Below are positions 38,504 through 50,500 of a stretch of DNA of 64,000 bases, one piece after another. The position numbers and the translations under genes were made by a program. The notes beneath the pieces were generated by a model. That model saw only the letters and a list, made by a program, of their open reading frames with translations, did no database searches and was not told the DNA's origin. Origin of the DNA: Camelus dromedarius (Eukaryota); NCBI RefSeq assembly GCF_036321535.1, contig NC_087438.1, forward strand, positions 5,334,001 to 5,398,000. Direction: 5' to 3'. Within the stretch, counting starts at the first letter, position 1. Each line of letters begins with the position of its first letter.

Positions 38504-40481
38504 AATCAACACAATGGACCCAACTGTGCCAGGAAGACATCCTGGAGTTTTATTCTACCTGTTCCGATGGTCCCTCCACGCTGCACACTCCTCTTCCTCC
38601 CGTCCTCTCCTGCACTCACCCAAAGAGCAAGGCACCCAGGCATGGATCTGTAGATAGTGAAATGCACCCTTCAAACTCCAGGAGCCCAGCCGCCCTGGCC
38701 CTTGAGTGGCCCACAGGAGAGATGGACTCGCACTGGAGTCGGCAGTTCTTTGGGGCGAGATAAATAAAAGCGGCTTTTGAGAAATCTGAATGAAATCCAA
38801 GACAGCAGGATACAGTTCTTCCCGGTTGACAGAGAACGTCAGAAGGAAGAAGGGCACCCATGGAATGGTGCACAAGTCTGTCCAACAGGCTGGGTCGTGC
38901 CTTGTCATTTGCTAGGTCCATTTAGTTCTGGACTTCCGAATGCACTGTCCAGTCCACAGTGGGAGCCTTCCCTCATGTCGCTTCCTTCAAGTCCCCATCT
39001 CCACCCACTATTCCCAAGAAGGTTCAAGGTCTGGCAGGTAGACAGCATTTCTACCCCTAAACCAATGTTCAAATGCGTCAGTGTGATGAGTCCCAGAAAA
39101 GGATTTTTCCCACTAAGTTGCCTGTGTATGTTTTCTATGTGATTAACTGAAAACCCAGCCAGCCCCTCAACTGCGTAAACAGGGTCTTACCTCTCACTCT
39201 CCATCAGTGAGAGGGACCTGAGATGGATCGGTGTGTTTGGGGCATCTGGGCCCTTACCTGGGAATGTAGTGGGGCCTGGGTTCTGACTGGTTACACTGAT
39301 GAAGCTACTGTAAGATCCTGACCTGGGAGCTCCCATTTTACTCCCAGTTTAGATGTACTGGGGTAGCAGGGAAAACGGGGAGACGTCATAGTGGTTTTCT
39401 GAGACCCCTGAAATTGTAAAGTAATAGGATGTTCACGAAGCAATGTGAAAATTAAAAACACCCTGCACCAGCCTCTTAGGCTGTTGGCCGTGTCGCACCA
39501 CGTTTAGTAACTGGTCAGTATCCCGTTAGTATTGTCAATAGGCCATGGCGGGGAATGGGTTTAAAATTCACGGAAGCCTGCCTTGCTTATACACATCCGC
39601 TCCCCTAAGCCACTTCAGTGGTGCTGCCATGGGCTCCAAAAGGAATTTCATTTCTTAAACTTAGTCCTAGTGAGACAGAAAAGTGACGCATCTCAGCTCA
39701 TGTCAGTCCCAGAGGGAAACTGGTGACCTCCTTATGGCTGACGGGCTCAGATTTCCCCAGCACCGCTGGCTTGCTAGGAGGAAAGAGCCCCAGGTACAAG
39801 CACCTCCTGTCTAGAGGGTTCTCTGAGGTCCTGAGCCCTTCAGCCACTGGGACTGGCCATGCTGGCTCCTCGCCTTTCCTTTGCACAGGGATCTGTCATT
39901 CTGTTAATGATATTCACCAGCCCACGTTTTCTTATCTTCTTCTCTGGCTTCCTCGCTCCATCCCCTTTCTTATCACCGTGTAGTTCATGCTAAGAATTGT
40001 GAGTGCCATTTATGACGTGTTTCCTGTGTGTAAGGCTCTGCACCAGGTACATGAATCTTTGACCAGGTGACCAAGAGAGCCTGTAAGGTGGGTACTGGTG
40101 CCCCCGGGGGTGGATGAGGAAAGTGAGGTCTGGAGGGGTGCAAGCTCACTAGACTGGAGGGAGCCAGGATTCCAATGTGGGTGACTGACTTCAAAGCCCA
40201 CCCGAGCACTTTAGGACTTTATCAGTTCCTCTTATTAATTAGCCCATGAGCCTTCTCTGGGGAAGCGGGAAAATCTCAAAGCAAGTTCAACTGACAAGCA
40301 GAAGCTGATTACCTGATATTTATGCTTGATTAAATAGGAGCTAGGCTGCTTATGTGGTATGGTGTTCATGTGTAGTCAACTTTTCTATTTCAAGTCTCAG
40401 TACAGTTACATGTGGGAAATAATCATTGGTCCGCGTATGCAGGATTTCCCTGGGGACGGCATTAGGTTTCTCCTTGGATGC

Positions 40482-40525
40482 TGTATTAGGTAGGGTTCTC
40501 CAGAAGAACAGAACCTTAAAGTTAA
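40482..40525. mobile_element. MLT2-like LTR terminal fragment
   Basis: 'tgtattaggtagggttctccagaagaacagaacc' resembles the MLT2 terminus. Confidence 0.45.
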
Positions 40526-41238
40526 CACATAAAATGGACCACCACACATGGCAGCTAAGATAGGTGGGTGGCTGTTGCCTAGAAGGTTGTGGTGAGGATG
40601 GAGGGCCCCAGCCAGCACTGTGAGAACTTGGGCAGGGATGGGTTCCTGATGTCTTCCTGGACTTAATGGGAGATGGGGCACTTGACCAAGGGTTTCCATC
40701 TGTGTTACGACTTTGTGATACAAAATTCTATGAAAGGAGGGATAAAAAATAGATGCCTTCCAGAAAGCTATATGAACGTGTATTATTATTCATATACCAG
40801 AGTAGCTTGTAAAAATTAAGTTCCCTGCTTCATTTTTGTCTCCCATGATTATTAATCTCTAGCATACTGTCTCTTTCTGTGAATAATTTCTAAAAAAAAA
40901 TAGAAGTCATATATCAGATTATCCATGTTGACCCCAGAAATACAAAGAAAATATTATTACTATTCAGCTATTCTTTTCTGCTTGCTAAAGCTTAGTATAA
41001 AATAAGAACTCTCTATTAATTTGGAAGACTTTCTTTTACTGAACTCTCAGATAAGGATTATTTTGTCATCTTTTGATGCAATCTGGATTTGCAGGTATAT
41101 CTGAAATGTGTGTGCATTTGGCTGGAGCAGAATGTATCCATGCACTAGAGGTTCTGAAATTTGCTAAGACACGAATTCTAAGTCCTGTGTGTATGTTGTT
41201 TTGTCGTATTGTTTTCGTCTGTTTGTTTTTCTTAATAG

Positions 41239-41323
41239 ACCAGGCATTTGGAAAGACCTTAAGACCATGGGATCAGTGTCTCTCTTTATATTTTTCATCA
41301 CACTGCTTGTTCTGGGTAGACAG
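41239..41323 (+). CDS. ADCY2: ADCY2 coding exon (exon 19 equivalent), last transmembrane helix
   Basis: Acceptor tttttcttaatag. 85 nt, (R)PGIWKDLKTMGSVSLFIFFITLLVLGRQ. Donor GTAAGA. Phase 2/0 fits the previous exon. Confidence 0.96.
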
Positions 41324-43317
41324 GTAAGAAGTCTGTTTTTTCTCATATAACGTCTCTAAAGTGCTGTATTAATAACACTTTGCTGATGGGCATTGTCGCC
41401 CTTATTTCCATGCAAACAAGTGTTGAGATATCGGCATCACCCTATCACCTAAGGGACGAGTGGGGAGTGCAAGGTGTGTGCTTGGATCTGGATAAAGAGG
41501 AGAGGTCTCTCATTTTTTTCCCTAAGAGGCAAACTTTGTGAACAGTAGAAGTGCGAATCAGGGAACTTCTGTTAAGTCTCAAAATAAACATGTAGGTTTT
41601 GTAAGCCTACGAAAGAATTCCCTCAGATGCTAATTGGAAAAATGTCCCCTTGCCTGGGGTTTTCATCTGCATTTCAGAAAGCATGGCTGCTGCTTATCTG
41701 AAGTGGGTATTAAATACCTTTGCTGTCACTTGTAATTTTCCCTAGAAATATGGTCCCCTGTGCAGAAATTGTATTTTGTGATGCAAATGAAACTTCCTCC
41801 TCGGGCTCTGCACCTGCTTCTGGCCTCCCAATGGAGCCCGTGGGTGCAGGACTTCCAAGGACAATGTTCTTTCTCTGCCCGCAAACAAGGACAGTCACCC
41901 CAAGACTGAAGACCCATCCCATCCCAGGTGGCTGTGCTTCAACTAAAGTTTGTTTTCAGTTCTCTGATGGACAGTGTGAAACAACGAAGTGATTTATTTG
42001 GAAATAACCAAGGAGGAGGCAGTGCCAACTGAATTATGTGCACATCACTCAACAGTTACATTATCTGAGAGGCAATCCATCAACTTGGGAGTTTGGGGCT
42101 GGCTTCCATTTCTCCCCAGTAGGAATCTGTTAATAATTGAACAGTCAAGGCAGAGTCCAGATCTGTGACAGTCAGTCCAGCACCTGGGAACGCCGTCCCC
42201 TTCCATCTTGCTGGGTAGGGCAAGGGTCTTCCTTCCCTGAAGCCCACCATGCAGACTTTACCAATCTCAAGCCCTCAAGCCCGCAGTGCAGCTCTTAACA
42301 ATCTCCCTAGAGCAGTGCTAGGGTCCCGCTGCAGAGCTTAGAGGACCCCAGTCTCCCCCCGCCCTCCCCATCTCGGCCCCTGTCATGATGTCCCAGATGT
42401 TTGGTTCTGCGCTCCTTGGCTTGAGTTCTGACAGCCTGCATCTTTCAATTAACCCCTTAGACCATGTCCTGTTCTTTTCTCTTGGTTTCCTTTGTTGCTC
42501 TGGCTACCTGGCTTTCTCTACTGTTGGTCAGCTTTCTGCATTCACTCGTAGAGAAAGGGCACATCCTCCCTCTGGAAACCCGACAATGTGATGTGAAGGA
42601 ACTGGGCTTCCTTGCAGGATGTCACCTAGAGGATCATTCCTCGGGACAGCATGGCCGTCCCTCTGCGGGGTCTACTGCTTTACGCTGTGGTCTCTCCTGC
42701 CAGCATCATCACTAGGATGCTTCACAGTAATACACTGTAATTACCTAGAATCAAACTGAATTCTCCCAACTTTGTTATTGATCACGAGGTAACACACAGG
42801 GCATGCCACTACACAAATGTTGTTGAATCCCATGGCTGCTCACTGATCAGTTGCTCTCTCATTGATTTAAGGTAAATAATCAAAAGCATGCAATATTATG
42901 ATGCAATATTACGATCGGGCATCAGTTTAACACAATAGTGTTGATTCCAGCCTTACAGGGAGCCATTCCTTTTTCATCACTAATGTGATGATAAGTAATA
43001 TGTCCATCTTGAGACCTAGAGTTATGACTCCCTGCAGGAGTAATCATGTTCACAGTCCTTTAACCAGCACCCACCGAGGACATACTGAGAGGAGCCAGGA
43101 GGCTGACCATCGGTCCAGAATCATTAAGTGAACGGTTCTAAGGTCCCAAGTCTTCTGGGACAACAAGAACTGTGAAGTCTGTGATTTAGTGCTTCTGGAC
43201 ACCCTTCTGGAAACATGACTGTATTACAGACAAACAGCTAATACTTGAAGTAAGGTTTTCAAGTTTCAAAAGAATTCATGGCCTTAGAGTTATTTTATTT
43301 TCTGAATCTGTTTTAAA

Positions 43318-43461
43318 GGGGGTGGGTACAGCTCAGTGGTAGAGTGCATGCCTAGCATGCACAAGGTCCTGGGTTCAATCCCCAGTACCTCCATTAAGAA
43401 AAAAAAAATTAAAACTAAATAAGTAAACCTAATTACCACCCCCCTAAGGGGAAAAAAACAA
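43318..43461 (+). mobile_element. tRNA-Ala-derived SINE (Vic-1-like), long-tail form
   Basis: 'gggtacagctcagtggtagagtgcatgcctagcatgcacaaggtcctgggttcaatccccagtacctcca', tail 'aagtaaacctaattaccaccccccta'. Possible TSD TTTAAAG (43312-43318 / 43462-43468). Confidence 0.9.
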
Positions 43462-44225
43462 TTTAAAGAATTGCACAGACATTTTGCAACTGATTTTCAT
43501 TATCATTTGCCCTAAAGGCTCCCCTGCCCCATGAGTGTCCTTTCTGAAATGATGGCAGTGTCCTTGCTGTTGGAGAAAATTACTGTGCTAAATATTGCTC
43601 TAAATATTTAAGAAGCCTTAATGAAAATGTAACACATATCCTAGACTACCACGCTCTGCAGTGAAATCTAGTTTCTGTAGAAATGCCAACTCAAGGGCCT
43701 CTTGAAAAAGAAAGATCCCCTACATTTCACCCAAGTTCAAAGGGCAGCACACGGCTGTCGAGGGTCTGCGTCCCAGGTGGGCTCACTCAGGATACGGAAC
43801 CAGGCAGTCGAGTGGCCTGAGAGTGAAGCCAAGGTCATTGTGTGCAAGAGTTGAGAATCCAAGAGAAAGCAGAATCACATGCTGCCTGCACCCTGGCCCG
43901 GGGACCACTTCTGTCCACGCAGAAAGATGTAAGCTCAGTTCCTCAGAACTAGACAGGGCTGTGCTGGGATGTGAAACACAGCAGTGAGGGTCGTCAGGGT
44001 CCCAGATGTGGTCTGGATGCCTCTTCCAGACTCTTCTTACTCTTTACCCATCAAGCCACAGCTGATGAAGAGCAAATTCAGCATCCCTGAGTGGGACATG
44101 GGCCCCTGGGAATTGGGAGAGCAGCGGCACACAGAATCTGAGAGATGGGGGAGATTTGAGGTCCAGGGGTCACGAAGCAGGGTGGCTGTTTGAGTAGAAG
44201 TGGCACAGAGTCCTTGAAGCTCTCA

Positions 44226-44383
44226 GGGGAGAGGGCATAGCTCAAGTGGTAGAGCACATGCTTAGCATACACAGGGTCCTGGGTTCAATCCCTGGTACCT
44301 CCTCTAAAAATAAATAAAACAAGTAAACCTAACTACTTCCCCCCCTAAAAAAAAACAGCAACAACAAAAAATAACAAAAAGAA
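44226..44383 (+). mobile_element. tRNA-Ala-derived SINE (Vic-1-like), long-tail form, with a 16-bp TSD
   Basis: A and B boxes intact; tail 'aagtaaacctaactacttccccccct'. TSD AGTCCTTGAAGCTCTC (44209-44224) / AGTCCTTAAAGCTCTC (44384-44399). Confidence 0.93.
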
Positions 44384-44454
44384 AGTCCTTAAAGCTCTCC
44401 TCTTGAGCTCTTTCTTGCTCTGAGTCACGGTCACAGAGGCAGCGCCTTTCCCTG

Positions 44455-44648
44455 GATCTCTTCACACAGCCTCCCCTGGGTCTGGGTCAGACCCTCCTCT
44501 CCTTTCTCTTACAAGGACACCGTCGTCAGAATTACAGCCCACCCTAGATCCAGGATGATCCCATCCTGAGATCCTTGAGTTAATTACATCTGCTACTGGG
44601 GGTTGGAACTTCAAACTATCTTTTGGGGACATGATTAAATCCACTACA
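44455..44648 (-). mobile_element. MaLR LTR fragment (MLT1-like), antisense
   Basis: 'ctcttacaaggacacc...gcccaccctagatccaggatgatcccatcctgagatcctt...aattacatctgc...ttttggggacatgattaaatccactaca'. Confidence 0.8.
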
Positions 44649-46360
44649 GCTGGTTTGGGATAAACATTTGTCTTCCTTCGGGGGACTCCACGTGAGTTTC
44701 TGAGGTAGCTGTACATCAAGGAGAGGGCTCTACAGCAGACTGCACTGGCTGGAGAGATAAGAGGTGAAGATCTGGCGGAGTGTCCCATTCAGTCCAATGT
44801 GGCTGGTCCCAAAGTGCTCTGATTCCTTCGGTAGGAGACTTGCAGGACGCTTGCAGGGGATGGTGCACTTGGGAGACCTCAGCCACTCAGCATGGCTTAT
44901 GGAAAGCTTTCAGACTTACACTACACGAATTCGGCTTGTTGCCTGCCTTAGCGGGCTCCTTGGTTTCATCACATGTTTCATTTTTGTCTGATCTTCAGTG
45001 CATACCTGTGTCTTCTCAGTGCCTCACCATAGATTGCTTCTGTCATTTTAGTTTAACCAGCCACACCACTTTGATTTATCCAAAAAAAAAATCCAAATAA
45101 ATAATCTATTATCCAAGTGAGAGGCCTTTTCTAGTAAGAGCATAGCATGATTTCCATAAATACAGAATGTGGAAAATGTGGCATTAATGCAAAATTTTAA
45201 TATAGGCAGACTTTAAAAATAACTCTTTTGTAATTTTTTTAAAAAATGTCTTGTTATATGAGCTAAAAATAAATGCCTTTCAGAGTAACAGGAGTAATTT
45301 TTGAGTATATCATACGTAGTTTGAATCAAACCTAATCAGGGAATGATAATTGTTTTTTCAGGTTTCGCAATGTGAATTTTTTTTAATGGCCATCAGTGCA
45401 TGCAAAGCCATTTATGTGTGTTTTGCTTTGTTTTGCGCTGTCATTGGTATAACTCATCAAACCAATCAAACAAACTCCCTGCATTTAGTTCTTCTTTGCA
45501 TTTATTTGTCAATAACTTACTATCTGTTCTGAAATACACCCTCTCTATTCACCCCTTCTGTTACAGGAAGATTCATTCAAGGCAATTTCATTATATTAAA
45601 TTACATACATCATAGCAGGCACAGAATGATGCCAAACCAAAGAGACCCTGTGATGGTAAATGGGCCTTTCTATTTCTCCAATGTTAATAACAGCTAGTTT
45701 TTTTAAACACTGAATTTTAATACATCATAAAGCTTGAACACATACATTTTTACTAGCAGGCACCATCTTAATTAAATGATACCAAAATGAACTGTTGTCT
45801 AAATATAATGTCATTCTCTCAGTATAATGCAATCCCAAATGAAAAAACATACTTTTCAATGAAGACTTAATTATATAATTTGTGGTAGTGGAAAACTGAT
45901 TTTCAGATATTAAAGGCAAAGTGCCACAAATGACACTATTATTTTTAAATGCAAATCATGAAACAATGCACTCTCTCTGCTAATGTGCTTTCTATTTTTC
46001 ATTTATTCATTATTTATATTCTATCACGCCTCTTTTCAAAAATTAATTCAAGCCACCACTTATTAACATAACTATGTAAGAAGTTTTCCTGTCGTTTTTG
46101 CTTTCAAGCTTCCAGGATAGCTATTTTCTCTGTTTCTGAGGCTGGTTCTTTCTCTAATTTGCATTTTGCAAATCCATGTTACAGGGTGAATGAGAGAGAT
46201 CTGGGGGGAACAGAGGGCTTGGCAGGGAGGGTGACAATTCTGTTTGGGGGGGTTCTTTTTTAGGTTTTATTTCATTCTTTTTATTTACTCTTTAAAACCT
46301 CCACTCTCTGGCAGGACAAGATGCCTATTGTTTCTTTACCTCTGTGTCCTCTTGTAACAG

Positions 46361-46519
46361 AATGAATATTACTGTAGGTTAGACTTCTTATGGAAGAACA
46401 AGTTCAAAAAAGAGCGGGAGGAGATAGAAACCATGGAGAACTTGAACCGCGTGCTGCTGGAGAATGTGCTCCCTGCGCACGTGGCTGAGCACTTCCTGGC
46501 CCGGAGCCTGAAGAATGAG
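46361..46519 (+). CDS. ADCY2: ADCY2 coding exon (exon 20 equivalent), helical linker preceding the C2 domain
   Basis: Acceptor cttgtaacag. 159 nt, NEYYCRLDFLWKNKFKKEREEIETMENLNRVLLENVLPAHVAEHFLARSLKNE. Donor GTCAGA. Confidence 0.97.
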
Positions 46520-46534
46520 GTCAGAGAGGCGCAG

Positions 46535-46700
46535 TGGGTGGGGAGGGGCGGGGCCGACAAGGGGGGCGGGGCCAGTGGAAGGGAGAGGCGGGGCTGGCAG
46601 AGGGGCGGGGCAAGTGGAGAGGCGGGGCCGGGGAGGGCCTGGGGTCGGTGGGGAGGGGCTGTGACCAGGGAAGGGCGTGGGCTGGGTGGGGCGGAGGCTG
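46535..46700 (+). repeat. G-rich degenerate tandem array of GGCGGGGC units (G-quadruplex-prone)
   Basis: Five GGCGGGGC copies plus many GGG/GGGG runs immediately 3' of exon 20. Confidence 0.85.
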
Positions 46701-47539
46701 CTGGCAGTGACCCAGAGGCCTGTGGCACTTTAAACACCTCGATGTTAAAAATGTCCAACATCGGCCTGAATGGGTCCGTCTGCAGGAGGACATTGATTGG
46801 CCGCATAGACATCAGAAGAAAATGCGAGTTAGAAGGGCCTCTGAACCTCTAACCATGAAGCTGATTGACTCTTCCTAGTTTTTCTTCCCCATCATGTAAA
46901 GTTCCGAATGCGGCATTTGAGGCACTGGGGTTCCAGATATGTTCCCAAATTGGCCACCGCCCTCTACCTGGTGTGAGAAGACGGCTCCTTAGCAGCAGGC
47001 CATCGAAGCCAAAGAGGCAGAATGACACCATGCATCCCCACCCCCACCGTTTCACTGCTCACCACCTCCCTGAGAGCCTTTTAAGGGTCTTAGAACTTCA
47101 GAGACAGAGAGGGACAGAATTTAGGAGCTAGCCACACGAGAGCATATCAAATGAATGGATGGAAATGGGAATTTCACAGAGCATCTGAAAGAATGGATAT
47201 TTAACTAGAGTTGGAAAGTTTAGCATGTCGATTCGATGTTGAAATGGCTTATGAAATGTCAAGAGTTTTCTTTAATGTTACTAAATTACAAGAGTCAGCA
47301 GATGTATCTACAGTGCGACTGTGTTCATTTAAGAAACGCGTCTTTGAACATCCCTTGAGTGAAAGACCTGTGTTTGGTACTGTGGAGTTTCAGAGGTGGG
47401 TGAGGTGCAGCCTGTGTTCTCAGGAAATGTTCACTGAGGATGGCAAGTGCATGAGGGACCCAGAACTCATTAATAGATACGCTTAACCTTGATTACTCTG
47501 ATGTACAAAGCAGCCTCGAGCGAGAAGGCTTGCAACAGT

Positions 47540-47590
47540 ATTTTTCTGTAGCAGTTGGCATTAGGCATTTTTCTGTAAAGTTGGCATTAG
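47540..47590. repeat. Imperfect tandem duplication (about 27-bp period)
   Basis: atttttctgtagcagttggcattag / atttttctgtaaagttggcattag. Confidence 0.8.
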
Positions 47591-50500
47591 TAGAAAGTGC
47601 CAGGTGAACTGTGAGGGGCTGGACATTATCACTCTGGTCTCCCTGGGAGCCAGTCCAGGGGCCCCAGCCGGTCTGTCTGTGGCCTGTTCACTTCCCTGTT
47701 TCTTTTCCTGGGGTTTTCTGCGTTCTGTACCTTATTCAGCAACTTACCTGCTGGTCCCAGATGAAGAAGTCACTGCATCTATTAGGAAGGAGCCATCTGT
47801 TTTCATTAGCAAAATAAGAGCTTCTCTGTGTCTATATGTCTAGCTGTCAGTTCGGTTTGTAAGTTCACCAGGTGCCTAATGCTGCCCCTGCCCTGTGGTC
47901 AGGCTGGTGTGGACCTGGATACGAGATGAACAGGACAAGAAGGCCACATCCCCAGGAGAGGGCAGGAATCCTGTCTTCTCCAAAGGCTCTGGCTGTGTAA
48001 GTGCAGGAGTCCAGAAGGGCCCCCACCGTGAGCAGGTGACTTCCGAACCTGAAAAGAAGGTGCTGGAAACTAGGGAGATTGGGGAGGAGGAGGAAAAGAC
48101 CATTCCAGGCTGCGAGGGGCTGCTTCTGTCCAGATGCCGAGAAAGCATCTTGTTCGAGACCTTGAAAGGCCCTGCGTTCAGCCATTCAGGACTTGCCAGC
48201 CTCCCCTGCCCACTCCTGACATCTCCCTTCGCCAGACCAGGGAAATCTCTGTTTCTCTCTGTTCTTTCCTTTTTGCTTGACTTACTCTAAGCAGGCATCT
48301 GAACACTGTTGCCCCCTGGGAAATCATACGGAAAGGCAGGTAGGATGGAAAGTAAAACCTAGAGGTGGACAGCATGGGTGCGAATCCTCATCCCAGCATT
48401 TTCTGCCGTGGAAACTGGGGCCGCTGCGTCCCGGCATGAGCCCCACCTCCACCTCCATCAGAGGAGAACTGTGCCTTTCTTTGTGCAATTCTTAGGTGGA
48501 GTGTGGGACATTGACATGGTGCTGTCACACCAAGTGTCGCTCCAGCAGAGGCAGGCATTTGACAGGGCGGGACCCAGAGTCTTAGGTCCACGTGGGTGGG
48601 ACACACTTGGCAGGGAGCTTAGCCCCAAAGCACCCAGGACTCATCCGCTTACTGAGTGGCCCTACTGTGCACCAGGCCAGTGACCTTTATGCCACTAACA
48701 CAACTCTTGGGTGCCCCAAGGCGGAGGTGACCATTCCTTCCAAGTTCCCTCATCAGTGATGCTATTTTAATAATTAAAACACAAGCACAGCATCTCCTAC
48801 AGCCTCCACCACCCAGTGGGCTCCCGCCACCACCCAGATGGCTACAGAGTGGGGGCAGGGCTGCGCAGCGGGTTTGCAGCCTGGACCAGGCTCCACCTCG
48901 CTGCTCGCTCAGGCAGTTGGGGAACTTTTCTGGGACAGAGTAGGAATCAGCACATTTTGATGAAACCAGCTCTGTACTCTGTTGCCTCATTTGTCAGATA
49001 AAAGAGGCGAATTCCTTGGGGGCCTGGTGCATGACCACATCACGCCTGTGTGTGCACGTGACCCTGACTTTAGTCACTAAACTGACTCCCGCCGCAGACA
49101 TCAGCACCATTCACCGGGCTCCCAGCTGTGGCTCGTGAAGATGGCTTGTTCCTTCATTCAGGAAACACACCCCTGACCCAGGCAGCCTGCTGCTCTGCAG
49201 AAAAATGGACAGGGGCTCAGTTTCAAAGATTTTCATACTCTTATTGCCTCAAACAGCTCCAGGTTCCCTAACAGCACACTAGGGGTCTCCGGTCTTGCTC
49301 AGGGTCCCTCGACTCCCTGGGCAGCTTTAGGTTTGCATTCTCTAGCTGCTGCCCTGACATCGCTCGGGAGGGGAGAGCGACACATGCTGATCCTTCCACT
49401 GGAGGCATCAGACCCGTGAGACCCTCCTTCAAGTGATGTCTTCATTCTGCACAGCCGTGGGCTGCAGACGACACAGAGCTCCCCTGAGCTGTGACTTGCC
49501 ATATTTTACTGCCAGTTTTTGTTGGTCGGGTGAAATATTTGGGAGTTGGGAAGTGGGGAGCTACTCAAGCAGCCACTGCAAATGTTGGGGATTGAAAAAT
49601 GATGGGGCAGCACCGCTGTCTGCCCCAAGGCCCTGCGTGCTCAGCAGGGCAGCGTTGCCCTCCAGGCGCTGAAGAGCACGCAGGTCCTGAAGGAGATGCT
49701 GTCGCTCCGATCCTCGTGGGGAAGTCCTGGCTGCAGCAGAGAGCCCATCACAGAGGGCCTAGGGGGAGAGTCACTAGCCCCCTGCCTCAAGGGTCTGAGA
49801 GCTCCCACCGTGAGTCTCAGAAGGGAGGGTTTTATTTCTGCTTTGGTTTTTATTTTCCCCAAAATACTTATGACAAGGTTATTATAAAGAGACTCCTTTG
49901 AGTGCATAGCAAACTCCTGTCCCATCCCTCTGGCTTCCCGACGGGCTGGCTGCCTAATTTCTGTCTCGGTCGCCCCTTCCTGTCCACGGTGGGCTTGGTC
50001 CCTGGGCAGAAGAACCCTCTTCCCTGACCCAGTGATCCCAGGCCAGGCAGGCTGAAGGTTTTGCCTCCTGAAGCTAAAAGGTGCTGAGGTCTCTCCCGCA
50101 GCGTCAGAGCCAAATAGATGTGCCCAACTCTCTCTCCTCCCCCTACCCCACCCCCCTAAGGCTTCCTGGAGGGGAAGTTCTACTTACTGTTGAACGTGCA
50201 GTCCCTGGAGTGGGACCATTCCTGGAGGAGTCCAGACCCAAACTGGGTGTGGCAGAGTACAACCGATGCTGGGGACAACAGAGGTCCTTACACCTAGGGG
50301 TGGGGCTTCGCCAATAAAGGGATGCCTGAGGCACCCATGAAAGTGCCCTTCCTGGGCCCTCGCCGGCCTTCCTCACCTGCTGGGCCCCTCTTGGCAGCTG
50401 AGAGTAAAGCTTTTGTCCCAGGCCCAGCACTTCCTAGCGGTGGGACCTCAGGCCCCATCCTCACAAAGGCTGTAACAATTTTAAAAGCAGTAATTCACTC

